Below are positions 12,546-24,925 of a stretch of 64,000 bases of DNA, piece by piece; position 1 is the first letter of the stretch, and every line of letters starts with the position of its first letter. The notes beneath the pieces are model-generated. The model did not search any database. It saw nothing but the letters and a program-made list of their open reading frames with translations, and was not told where the DNA came from. Origin of the DNA: Lama guanicoe (taxonomy: Eukaryota); NCBI GenBank assembly GCA_013239625.1, contig MU053594.1, positions 62,001 through 126,000 on the forward strand, in the 5' to 3' direction. The translations under genes were made by a program, and so were the position numbers.

Positions 12546-15249
12546 GTACATCAAATTTTACTCTATTAATACCTCTATGGGTTTGGGCCATTCACTGTCC
12601 TGGACAAGATGTGATTTCTGAAGCCAAAGCTCTTAATATTTGGCTCTTACCAATTTCAAGTAAACATACCTCCTTACCCTCTCCAGCCACCCCACCCCTA
12701 CCCCACCAGCCCGGATTCTCTGTAGACTTCTGGGCCTGTGTGTTCCTGTATCTTGAACACATATGACTGTTGCGTGTGCACTCTTAGCCGTGTCCTTCAG
12801 AACCCGGGCCTGGGCTCTCCTGGGCTTGGCTTCTCCTCCCAGCCTGGAAGTACTCATCTACATGGTGCCCAGTGCAGAACTAACCAGACGTCTCTTCAAG
12901 ATGGAGAGTGGTTTGCATGGAATAGGTCTAGATCTTTGAATGAAAGGGTTGGAGAACCAAGTTATTACTCCCCAGTCGAAGCTGTGAGCTGGCAGCCGAA
13001 AAGCACCTACAGTTCAGAATGTGAAGTCAAAACTAGCAACTCCTCCTGGCCGCCGGCAGAACGCGGACCCAAGGCTACAGATGGGCCTGGCGTCCACCTC
13101 CGAGCCCTTCCTCCTCTAAGACTAGTACCCTCTACACCCAGACAACGAGCTCCCCCAAACCACGCTTCTGACGGGCTCTCGTCCCTCTCAGGTGGTGATC
13201 GTGAGTACTACACTATTCAGAGATTCGATCTCTAGGCAGATGGAAAACCCCTAAAGCGGAGCTCCTAAAAGAAATGCCAAAAGCCGTGTCACTAACATGC
13301 ACATAAATTGTGACCTCCAATACCATCCTGCTAGGAAAATCAAGATTGATTTTTCTTAAAGAGTTGAAAAGGCTTTTGTCAGACTTGAGTCCAGGGTTGC
13401 TCTCTGACCTGGCCGAGGACCCGGGTTCTTGTAGTTCTAGGGGTGACCTATTTGTGGTGAGTGTCCTTGTAAGCAAATGTGACAATACAGGTGGCCCCCA
13501 GGATATACAAGGTCCCAGGCAAAGGGGCCCGGGCCCTGCCCACATCCATTCAGGTCCCTTCCTTTTTCTAGACACCTTCCATACCCTCGACCTCTCAGAA
13601 CCCTTCGAAATGAAAAAGGAGTGTTGACTTAACCATCTTTCTGCCTCTTTCCTAATTTTTTTGGGAGGTGTCAGGAAGCTATGATTTTTCAGGCTAGTAT
13701 AAGAATCAGAAAATACTGATGACACTGCTGTTCATTCAGGGTTAGAGTAATTACGGGTTTGGAGGATCTGGGCAAAGATCATTGAAAGGAGTGAGGAATT
13801 GTCCAAATGTTCCACTTTGAGCCCAGAAGGAAGCACTGTGGAGTTTTTGAAGCCTCTGGGATTAGTGGCAAAGGCCAGCGAGTGACACCCTATCCTTCCA
13901 AAGATGTTGACATACAGAATGGCTTCCCACCAACGCTCACACAGGACGGTCTCGTTTTCCATGAGTGTTTTCCACACAAGGAACGTCAGCTACAAGCCCG
14001 AGTGGACATCTTGTGCTCACACCCACTTCTTTTCATAGCATGAGTCTCCTCTTGGTGCTTACCAATTCCTTATTCCTCCTTGGCACCTCCATTCTCCAAA
14101 CGCTCCCTGGACCACACATCCCAACCCCTCTCCCTCCTCTTCGTGTCAATTATTCTTCTGAAACAATGGCCTATAATACCAACACAGTCTGAGAAGGGCC
14201 TCTTCATCTGAGGGGCCTGCAGGACAAAGCCCTCACGAGATGGCATGAGGACTACACAAGACCTCAGATATGGACGGGAGAGGACAGCGCCCCTGCCCCG
14301 CCACCAGTTGTGCAACTCTGACCCTCAAGCAGCTCGTGAGCTTTGGGGCTTCTGAAATGCAGTGAGGGTAGTGGACCGCCAGGATGGCCTGAGGGGAGGG
14401 TGATGGACACTTGTACGGTCCCTGCAACATCTTCTGAACTCAACTGCATCCAGCTCCAAAGTGTCTTCTCCTATTTCCACTGTCCTTTTTAAATGAAGTG
14501 CTTAATTTTAGATAGAGCAACTTCTTTCATCTCAGAACAGACAGGTTCTGGCTTGATTCCCACAAAGAAGTTCATTCTCTGAAGTTCATTCTCCCAACGA
14601 AACTATTTACTCAGGGCTGGATGGGCAGTCGTGTCCCATCGGCCCAGAAAGGCTGCCTCTGAATGCGAGAACAGAGTCTTCATATTAATTAACATCTTCA
14701 TAGAAAGAAAACTCTCCAGGGAGTATCTATTTGATTATTCGTATTTACTCAGTGATTCTGCTGCGTGGCCGTTCCCTCCCCTCATTTCTAAGGAGCCTAA
14801 ATGGATTCTGTAAAAGGAAAGGAAACAGCGCAGCCTTTGGATGAAGACTCCAGGGCAAGAAAGGGGAGACGGTTGATTCTTCTGCTGAATGTGGGCCTCT
14901 CTGCTCTAAAAGCTGCTACCAAGCGTCGTGATGCTTACATGTATGTATCCTGTGTTGCTGGGATGCTTGCAAGTCGTCAACGTGGGAAACAGGAAGACAT
15001 CTACCTGGAAAACGTTTATGACAGGAAGCCCAGCGCCACCCAGAACCTTCTAAGTGACCGCTCTAGTGGGTGGTGTGCCTGCCCCATCTCATTCCGTTCT
15101 CATACCTGCCCCCGGATGGGAACCACATGAGGAATTCCGAGATATTGATTGACTGATTGACTGTGTACTCATTAACTATTAGTTTAAGTAATTAATGGGT
15201 GGCTACCATGAGCCAATAGAGAAAACTAAGAATGCTGCTACAACTTTCC

Positions 15250-15372
15250 TCCTGTTTGCATTTATTAGGCACCTTGTTGGAACCAGCTGCTGGGCTGTAC
15301 GGGGCTTGGGGACACACTGATGAATCAGACAGATCCAGTCCCTGCCCTCGGAGAGCTTCCAGTCTACTGAAT
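15250..15372 (-). mobile_element. L2 3' end fragment
   Basis: catttattaggcacc...gtccctgccctcggagagcttccagtcta is the reverse of the L2 tail. Confidence 0.7.
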
Positions 15373-16320
15373 GAGAAGAACTTATAAAAGTCTCAAGGCT
15401 GGAATGTAAAGTGGAGAACAGCCCCTCACAACGCGAACTCATACCCCCTTCTTTAACAGGCTATAAAATGACATATTTGTACACACACGCCCCACCCTGG
15501 TCCAACACCCACAGTGAGATATGCATGTCTGCTCTCTAGGGCCGGGGCCTGGGATGTGTCACTGCGAACAGCAGGCGAGCAGTGGCTCCAGCGCCCTTGT
15601 ACTGGAAGCCTGCTTCTGCCTGAGCTCATTTATTCCAAGGACCATCTGGGCACAGAGAACAATGTGCTCTCCTATCTGAGTGACCGGCCGTATTAGTCAT
15701 ACCCTCTTAGCTCGACCCCTCTGTCCCCTAATCTTCACAATTTCCTTCAGTCCCTTTGACGGAGGCCGAGGACTGGCTCTCTTTTCTCACCTCTCCCTTG
15801 GCTGGAGAGGTTCGTCTGGGACAAAGAGCTCAGCCCTCATGCCTGTGGGTCCAGCAGTCAAAAGGGGACAGGCTGCCTGAAAAGCCTCCTCCGGCCCCAG
15901 CTCTTCTGGCCCCACTGTCTTGTTTGGACATGGGGATAAACTCCCCTGACAAGGCTTGCCCCAGGCTTCCCAGGGCTTCCTGGCCCCAAGCCAGATGGAC
16001 CTGAGAATTAGCTCAAGGCAACTCACGTCCTAAAAACTCCCCTTGAACCAGCCCCGCTCCCTTCCGATAACCCCACATGCTCACCAGCACTTCGGCGTGT
16101 GGCGCGTACGCACCATCCCATTCTCATCCACATCTGCCTTACACTGTCCTCCAGCTGTTCAACCTAGGGAGCATCATATCTATTTTTTCTTGAAGCTAGA
16201 GCTCCTCCAGAGCAGGGAAGAAAAACAGTCTTCTACTTTCATCTCCCTCACAGACTAGCAATAGCTAGATCCAGCATCCCAACTCCATTTTGCAGTAAGA
16301 ATGAAAGACTCTCCTTCTTG

Positions 16321-16420
16321 GTGGGGACGGTGTAGCTCAGTGGGAAGGTGCATGCTTGGCATGCATGAGGTCCTGGGTTCAATCCCTAGTACCTCCATTA
16401 AAAAATTAATTAACTAAAAA
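16321..16420 (+). mobile_element. tRNA-Ala-derived camelid SINE (Vic-1 type)
   Basis: ggtgtagctcagtgg (A box), gggttcaatccc (B box), acctcca, A-rich tail. Confidence 0.88.
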
Positions 16421-16493
16421 GAGAGAATGAATGACCCCCAACACAGAAACTCTGAATTTTCTGGCTGAAATAAAGAGTTTAAAATGCTGCTTC

Positions 16494-16915
16494 TATATAT
16501 ACAATGGAATACTATTCAGCCATAAAAAAGAATGAAATAATGCCATTTGCAGCAACATGGATAGACCTGGAGATTGTCATTCTAAGTGAAGTAAGTCAGA
16601 TAGAGAAAGACAAACACCATATGATATCACTTCTTTGTGGAATATATAAAAAAAGAAAGGCCACAAATGAACTTATCTAAAAAAACAGAAACAGACTCAT
16701 AGACATAGAGAACAAACTTATGGTTACTGGGGGTAAAGAGGGTGGGAAGGGACAAACTGGGAATTCGAAAATTGCACCTCTTGGGGAGTGATAGTTATCT
16801 TGATTGTGGTGGTGGTTCCATGGGTATATACATCTATCAGAATTCATCAAATTGTGCCTCTGAAATATGTGTAGTTTACTGTACAGGAACCATACCACAA
16901 TAAAGGTGTTAAAAA
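16494..16915 (+). mobile_element. Composite L1: younger artiodactyl-type segment (16494-16776) joined to an older L1M-type 3' end
   Basis: acaatggaatactattcagccataaaaaagaatg...acagaaacagactcatagac then tatcttgattgtggtggtggttccatggg...caataaagg poly(A); flanked by aaaatgctgc(t/c)tc. Confidence 0.85.
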
Positions 16916-17298
16916 AAAATGCTGCCTCATCCGAACTCCCCAGCGTTTTACCCAAGGGCCTGGGTTTCTCTGGGATGGGAAGCAGCCAGCACCTGCTCAG
17001 ACCCCTAATCCAACACCATATGCCTGCTCAGGAAATTCCTTTTGAGAATTTCACTCGGCTGCTACAAGACGCTCTTTATGTTTGGGACCTGTGGGTTTTG
17101 TTGTGGTGGTTTTGCTGTGTTTTGTTTTTAGTACTTAACTAGAGAGAGCAAATTGAAAAGAGAATTCTGATCCATGGGGACGTGCACATCTTCAAGCCTC
17201 CTTCCCCAGCCTGGTCTCCACCACAAGCACCCCCTGTCCTCCCCACCATTCAAATGAGGTGGATCTCAGTGCATCTGCCACTCTGCCCCAGCTCCGCC

Positions 17299-17329
17299 AC
17301 ACACACACACACACACACATACACACACA
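17299..17329. repeat. (CA)n microsatellite, imperfect
   Basis: Directly visible CA run. Confidence 0.95.
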
Positions 17330-18519
17330 TCCATGGCTTTCACGTTCTGTCTCGCCTCGTGCCAAAGGCAGAATTGATGGTGATATGCGAAGGAGACAGG
17401 GAAAAAAAACTCAGGCGGACGATTAGCTGAGTTAGGTTTATGGCAACAGGCAGCCAACTCATTCATTTCGTGTTTTGCAGAATATAAAAGCGCTGAAACA
17501 TTTTAATTTTAAATTCTTATCATTGGATTTACTGCTTTTCTCTCGCAATGATTTGTGTTGCTTTTTAATTTTTACAGTCTCTACAGAAGCCAGATGCTAC
17601 CGCCTAAGGACAAAATAATAAAAACCTACTGCAGTCATGAGTTACCGAACAAAAAAGAAACAAGCGGTTGACAGAAGTTAATATCTCAATTTAACAGTGC
17701 TGCTTTGCTAATGATCCTTTGATATGTGTTTATTTAGAAAGGTCTGATCTTGACCTTGAAGGCAAACTCAACCGCAAAGTCTTTATGAGAAAAGAAAAAG
17801 ACTTTATTTATAGATTGGCTTTATGTCAATCACTCTGGCAGCTGGTCCCGAAGTGCCCAGCCGCCAGAGGAGGGCGTGGAGAGAGAGTGGGCCACGCGTC
17901 CCCAGTGAAGTGGCCCTTCAGGGGTCAGTGTGGGAGAGGGAAGTGGAAGATGGGGCTTTAGGGAAGGTTAAACCCCAGTGGGGCCCTGTTCTCAGCTTCC
18001 TCTGCAAGAGGAGTGCTTGTGTTCCCTCCAGAATACAAGACACAATCAAGCATCGTAAAGCTCAGAAAAGAGACACGTGTACAAAGACGTGGGGTGTGGG
18101 GTCAGGGACCTGTGGGGAGAACTCCCTTGGGTGAGACTTCCAGGAAGGGCTGAGCAGCAGGGCAGAGCCTTGCCTGGGAGCCTTGCCGGAGCTGCAGGGA
18201 GGGCTGACCGCCAGTCCTGGGAGCAGGAGGTGAGACCCGTAACCCCCGCAGGCCCCAGGTGCTCTGAGCTGCTTCCTTCAGTCTGTCAGCCTCTCCTCTC
18301 CCGCCCCAAGCCAGGGCACTGGTCAGAGGAGATCCTGGGGGTCCGAGGTTGCCAGGAGAGAGCCCTCTGCACCCAAGGCCCACGCTTCTTTCTGTGATGC
18401 CTGAGGCTGATGGGCACTGAGGCCCTTCTCAGCCAAACAGGGCCGAGGCCCCCACAGTGTTCAGCTCAGGATGCTCCCTCCCCACCTCCATCCCCCCTCC
18501 ATCTGTCCCAGGGAACTCC

Positions 18520-19492
18520 CCTCTCCTAGTCTCAGTGACCCTGAGAAGCTAATAACCACACCTGTAGCCTGGGCTTCTCCTCTGAACACAAAATCCATAA
18601 ATCCAAGTGCCCCCACAATGTCCCACAGGCACCCAATGCTTCAAGTGTCTAAATCTGAGACCCACATCTTCAGCTCCCAATCCTACCCCACTTCCTGGAT
18701 CTCTGTCTCAGCTGTCAGCAGTAACACCTAGTCATCTAGGCTAGAGGCCTGGGTGTCATCCCGGAGCCCTCTTCCCCACCTCCATCCCAATCGGGCTGAT
18801 GTTTTAGTACCTCGGCACTTCCCCTGCGTGTCCCTTCCTTCTCATTCCCGAAGGACACTGTCTTGCCCAAGCCACCAGTATCCCCCAACGGGATTCCTGC
18901 AGGAGGCCCTTAAACACAGCTCATCTCGTCCAGAGCTGCTCCTCAACATGCACAAGAACCAAAGTGGCCCTTCGGAAATGGATCTGATCTCCTAACTTCC
19001 TTTTAAAGAATTACCAGGACTCTCTGTCACCGATGGAGAAAAGTCTAGACTCCTGAAGATGGTCTAACAAGACCTTGGTGGTCTAGACCCACCTACACCT
19101 CCAATTTCATCTGTCATATCTGTCACATCTGTCTCAGACGTGATGCTCCAGCCACACCATCACCACCACCACCATTGCCAAACACGCTCGGTTCTGCTTC
19201 TTCTGTCTGGCTCTCCCTTCATCTCAGCTCCTTTCAATCTTATGATGTCTTCTTCTCCAGGAAGCCTTGTGTGTTCCCTGGGTATCCATTGTGTGCCCTT
19301 CCTCTGGGCACCCACTGTGCCCTGTGTCCAAACATCTCCATCACTGCACTCAGCACTGTCCGTTACGATTACCTGCTATGCATCTGTCTTCCCAGCTCTG
19401 AGTTCCCGCAATCAAGACACCAGGGGATGTTTGTCTCAGCATCCCCGGCATTTACCACCCTATGTGCACACAATAAATGCTGAATGAATGGT
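18520..19492 (+). mobile_element. L2 LINE remnant
   Basis: tgtcccacaggcaccc...aagtgtctaaatctgag..., ending caataaatgctgaatgaatg. Confidence 0.78.
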
Positions 19493-21639
19493 GAGCTGTT
19501 TTGCTTTGGAAAAATACTAGGAGTTGCGGGGAGGGAGTTAACCGAGTGACACGCCAGCCCAGTGAGGGTCTGGATTTGGTGCAGGGAAGCCTTCCCCCCT
19601 TCCCTCTCTCGCCCTTTATAAGCCTAGAGAACGTGTGTGCTACGGGGGGCCTCAGTGTACATGTTTTTAGGCTGATAGCACCCAGTTTTGTCAGGTTTCT
19701 CTGGGGCCCAAACAGGTTTTTCCAGACCAGCTGGGTGGGAAAGTTCACCCCCTGCCAAAGTTCATCAGTCTCCAAACGTGGGGCTGGAGCAAGACGTTTG
19801 CCTCCCTGTCCTTGTCACCCAGCCTCCTGACCAAAGGTAACAGCCAAAGGTAACCGTGTCGACTCCAGCAGCAATTCATCAGCCTGGGGCGGGTGGGACA
19901 AGGCAGGGAAGGTGGGGACAAGAGGAAGGCAGGCCCACCAGCCAGCCCAGGCAAAAGGCCAGTGGAGGCAAGCCTCCAATCCTGGCAACAGAGGTCCCAG
20001 CCCACCCCTCGGCTCCCCCGGGAGGTAATCGGTGCCCAGATCAAGGGCTTTTTTGCGTTTCTCCCCACCCACCCAACAAACCAAAGCTGCAGCCTTTACA
20101 TGGGAAAGCGGGGTGGGGAGACAGCTTCCTAGCTCAGCAGCCCCACAAAAAGGTCCACTCAGGGCCGCAGGGTCCGTTCCTACCGGAGATGAAGTGGGAA
20201 AGGTGGTAACGGATGGAAACCACAGCCTTCTCTCGGCCTTCCATCATGGCGCTCCCACTCCGCCACCCTGGGTGCGCTGTTCAAGACCCTTCCTGTTCTG
20301 GGCTAGCACCGTGGGCAGGGAACTGGCCCCCAGCTCCAGCCCCCTGCCTCTGACTTCCCAGATGGGAGTAGCCCACCTTTCTTCAATCATATTCACAGAT
20401 GATGCTTCGATTTTATGGCCAGTATCTATCACTTTTAAGATCTGTAATCACAAAATCATTCAAGTTCAACTTTTCAATAAAAATGACAAAAAACTTTCAA
20501 AAGCTAAAGGTACAAATATGCCCCCTAGAGAGGCAGATTCCTCAGTCTCTCTTGGGAACATCTTTTCAGCTCAGGAAATTCTCACCAGCGTCTAACCTAA
20601 GCTTCCTTTCCTTATTTATTTATTTTTTTAAGGCTCATTGTCTTTGTGGTAGGGTGAAGATAAAAGACATTCTTTTATCTCCTTTGTGCCTCTTTCTCTA
20701 TGTGTCTGTTTTTTCCCCCAGCACACCGGGTCTAGGTGAACCCAGTATCCTCCGTGAGAGAGTTTGGAAGAAGCCGCCATGTTTTTCTCTTCCCTTTCTT
20801 GGTAAAAGGCAGTTCTGACAGGGCAGAGTTCTTAGTCATCCCAGGCTGGCAGGCCAGGTGACCCTTCTCCATCCTCCCCCAGGATGAGGAGCCGAAGCCT
20901 CATCCTCTACAAGAGGAGACAGTGGGACAACCAAATTTCAGGACCACTCAAGGAGCAAGACGGTAACTTTAAAACAAGTCCTTTTACTGCAGGCAGCCAG
21001 CTTGGACCCAGACTGAGTTATGAGTCCTTTGTGTTGAACAACTACTAGTTATCAGGTAAGTCATAAAGGATCATTCATAAAATTAGATTCACCACTTGTT
21101 TTTATAGCACTCATTAAAGGACATAAAAGACAGTTCTTTTTAGCATTTGGGTGCTGAATTATAAATTCAATTAACTGGACACAGTTCACTTCATAGATCC
21201 AGATTTTCTTATATCAAAGAGACAACTCCCAACCATGAACAGAAAAAAAAGAGGACACATTCTGCTCTTCCCCCGGCGTTCCAGGTCCCCCGTGCCAACT
21301 GAGCAGTCTCTCTGGAGCCATCCTCGCTCACTTCTGCTTTTTTTCCCCTTTGCACGTGCCTTTTCCTGGGCCTTGGGAAAGGAAGTGGATTTTGAAATCA
21401 TGGCGGGGGGAAAGACTTCCAATTTTCAGGCAAGATACAGAGCCTGTCTTCAGCCTCAGTTTACTCCGGCAGTAATAAGAGCCACAGGGCTGTGGTAAGG
21501 GTGAAACTACAGAATAAACAGTACCCCTAAGCCAAGTCTCTGGTACCTGGTCAGCACACAGCAAAAGGAAGTTAGTTATCGACGTCATTTTCCTAAAACA
21601 AATTCATTTCAACCCCACCTCCCCACTACCTCTTCCCCC

Positions 21640-21750
21640 AGTCATTTAATCAGCATTTATAGAAGAGCTAATGGGTACCAGCCCTGGCTTAGGGCTGGGG
21701 ATGGAGAGATGATGAAGGTATGGCACCTTATTATGGGAGCCCAGAGATGA
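21640..21750 (-). mobile_element. L2 3' end fragment
   Basis: catttaatcagcatttatag...gggctggggatggagagatga. Confidence 0.55.
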
Positions 21751-21939
21751 GACTCAGTGATGTCCTCGTTAACATATTCCTCCTCTAAATTCCTCTCCAC
21801 GCACCACCCTGGCTGGCATCTGATTACACAGTGACCTTTTGCTGGTCTCTGGTTGATTTATATATGTCTATACATAGTGTCTCCCAGCAAATTTATATTA
21901 GCATAGAGGGGAAACACAACGTGCACACCAGCAGCAGAC

Positions 21940-22400
21940 AACTCTGGGTTCCAGCCCAGCTCTGAGATCTAAAGAGGCAGAGTGGTCACACAGCTTAAGG
22001 GTGAACTCTGTAGTCAATCACTGTGGCTCAAATCCAGCTTGGCCCCTTCCTACTGCTGTGTGACCTCAGGCAAGTTACCCAACTCCTCTGTGCCTGTTTC
22101 CAACTCACTAAAACCAGGATAAGAACAATACCTACTTCACAGGGATTTGATGGAGACCCAAGGAGATCATGTGTTTAACATGCTGAGGACTACCGAGCAC
22201 AAAGCACATGTTCAGTAAGTTTCAGCTATGATGGTTATCAGGTGTGCACCCCGGGGAAAGCTGCTCATGTCTTCCTCATCCGGAAACAATGTTCACCTGG
22301 AAAAGCTGATGTAAGGACTAAATAAAATGATCAAAGTTCAACATTAGCACAGGGTACAACGCTCAGTAAATTCTGTAAGAATCCAATAAATGTTGATTTC
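21940..22400 (+). mobile_element. MIR SINEs (full copy at about 21975-22240, apparently nested in a second MIR)
   Basis: ctgtgtgacctcaggcaagttacccaactcctctgtgcctgtttcc core; MIR-like pieces on both sides. Confidence 0.8.
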
Positions 22401-23249
22401 TCCTCTCCTGAGCAAGAACCAGATCTTACACAATTTTAGTATCCCCTTCACAGTGGTGCCCCATCAGCCCAAATTAGCATTCACTAATTTAACCTGAATA
22501 GGGATGAAGGGAATAGAAAGGAATTGGGATTTCTAAAGCAATTCCTTAGAAGCCAATTCTTTGTACCGCATATTTGAGAGTGGAGGGCGGGGAGGACAAA
22601 TCAGGACGATGGGGAGCATGAGTTTTCCCAGCAACAACTAACTCTAGGCAAGTCATTTCTCTGCCTGGGCCTCCACCGTTGTTTGATGAGCCGAGAGGCA
22701 CGGGCAGGGTGTCCCAGCAAGGTCCCCCTTCGCTGATGTCCTGAGACATCACCAGCCAAGGTGCCTGGGCAAGATGTTAGAGGGTAATTGCTCCTCGGCA
22801 GTGTGCAGGTCACAGGGGAGCAGTGCTGCCCATAGACTGAGGTGTCCCGGCATGTCCCTCTCTCCACGGGTGGACAGAGAGACAGCTCAGGCCACTCATG
22901 AGCTCCAGGGCAGGGGGAAACTGGGTTCACTGCTCAGAAGGACACGCAGACCATCGAGTGACGAGGACCTGGGGGAGATGCGCTGCTATCTTCTACCAAG
23001 CAAAGAGTGCCTCCTCTCTCTCTGCAGATTTTTAGGAAGTGGGAACAGAGCAATTTCTCCGGGCCATGTAAGTACACGCTGCCTGCTCAGAGACTGGGAC
23101 AGGGACATCCCTCCGGCCCAAGGAATCAAGGGGCAGCCCCCAAGCCTCAAATATCTAGGATTTAAAACCAGCAACAGCAACATCACGTTATCTTCCCTTG
23201 GCACCCAAAACTTCAGGAAACAACTCCACAGGCTGAAAGAAACACCAGG

Positions 23250-23400
23250 TGGAGGGTCAGGCAAACAGATGTGAGCACCTGACTCTACAGCCGACTAGCT
23301 GTGAGACTCCGAGTAAGTCTTTCTACCTGCCAAAGCTCCGTTTCTTCATCTAAAACAGGAGAAGGTTGGACCAGAGGGGCCGAAGTCCCTTTGTACCTTT
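23250..23400 (+). mobile_element. MIR SINE fragment
   Basis: ctagctgtgagact...ctccgtttcttcatctaaaa. Confidence 0.65.
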
Positions 23401-24334
23401 CCACGGCTATGTTCCATTTGAAGGAAGCACCTCGTTCCTTCCTGCCTTCCCCAGCTGGGGCCACACTCAGGCAGGGAGTGCAAGGGAACTCCAGGGACCC
23501 TTGAAGATGTCTGGGGAGGGCAAGAGACCTCACAAAAACTCATCTCTTTCTTGCCTTTTTTTTTTTTTTTCAAAGTCACTCCCAGCTTCTTGGGACACAA
23601 AAGTATCTGTTAAGGTAAGTTAAACCTTCTCAAGATGAATTTTCGTGCTACTTTTAATTAAAAGTTCTTTAGAATTAAAAGGACACTATTCAGAAAAGGT
23701 TGAAAAAAAATTTTTCACTGACAGTCCCCCCCACCCCCTCCCCCTTTTCCCAAGGAAAAGAAAAAGCTGTTTTGTGCACGGCTCACCCGGGCCGCACTGT
23801 ACAAAGGAGGTGGACTGGCGGCGAGACACATGAGATGACCCTTTGACCCCAGACCGCTGACAAGTCCTCAATGGCATAAATACCAGATAATCAATCACAT
23901 GCCAGGAGGGCGAGTCCCCCTGCCCTCGCCCCAGCGTTCGGGTTTATGAGAGATACACTGTAAATAGACACTGGCTTCTTACGAGGGGCCCCCTCGACAT
24001 TCCAGGGGCGGCCATAATCCTGAACCAGGCCTGGCCAGATCCTCGACCATCTCGTTTTACAGCTTTCATCGCGAGCTTATAAAGCCCTTTGCCCTCCCAA
24101 TCCCCCACTGCAAGTTGGACTTCTGGTATGAAACGAAACCGATCCTCACCCACACCCACCGCCCGGCCTCCCCATCCAAAAGGGGACTCCGAAAATCACT
24201 GCAAAGAAAGCGGGGTTCGAGGAGCCAGAAATGGGCCAGGTCACCAATAAGACCCCAATGTGCTGGGCACTGGGAGGGACGGCACCACGCAGGACCTGGC
24301 AGGTGATGGAGAATCTGCAATAGCGCTCACACGT

Positions 24335-24673
24335 AACATGTGGAATCTAAAAAAATGACACAAATGAACTTATTCACAAAACAGAAACAGACTCACAGAC
24401 CTAGAAAACCAACCAATGGTTATACCAAAGGGGACAGGAGAGGGGGGAGGGATAAATTAGGAGTTTGGGATTAGCAGATACTAACTACTTTATATAAAAT
24501 AGATAAACAACAGGGTCCTACTGTGTAGCACAGGGAACTGTATTCAATAGCTTGTAATAACTTGTAATGAAAAAGAATATGAAAAAGAATAAATGTGTAT
24601 AACTGAATCACTAAGCTGAACACCAGAAAAACTAACACAACATTGTAAATCAACTATTCTTCAATAAAAAAAG
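24335..24673 (+). mobile_element. Artiodactyl-type L1 3' UTR
   Basis: tggaatctaaaaaaatgacacaaatgaactt...gcacagggaact...caactattcttcaataaaaaaa. Confidence 0.92.
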
Positions 24674-24699
24674 AATCAATAATGATATTGATGACACTA

Positions 24700-24925
24700 G
24701 GAATAAAAGTGGCTAATATTGCAAATCACTTAGTGAGGGCACTGATGTAAATGCCACATGCCGTTCTAGGTACTTCACATGACTTTTATTATCCGTTCTC
24801 AAAAATAACTCCAGGACTATCATAACTGTGCCCATTTTACAGATGAGGAATCTGAGGCTCAGAGTTCAAATAAATTGCCAAAGCCATCATGATTAAATGA
24901 CAGGGAGGGATTTAAACCCAGAGAA
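24700..24925 (-). mobile_element. MIR SINE
   Basis: cccattttacagatgaggaatctgaggctcagag. Confidence 0.85.

Noticed and set aside
15656..15670. AGAACAatgTGCTCT GRE-like site
   Set aside because: Mismatch at a key half-site position and isolated.
16325..16397. tRNA-Ala-like sequence
   Set aside because: Mutated stems, A-rich tail and sibling copies in the window show it is a SINE, not a tRNA gene.
19140..19487. ORF with a poly-His stretch
   Set aside because: A CAC micro-repeat within an L2 remnant.
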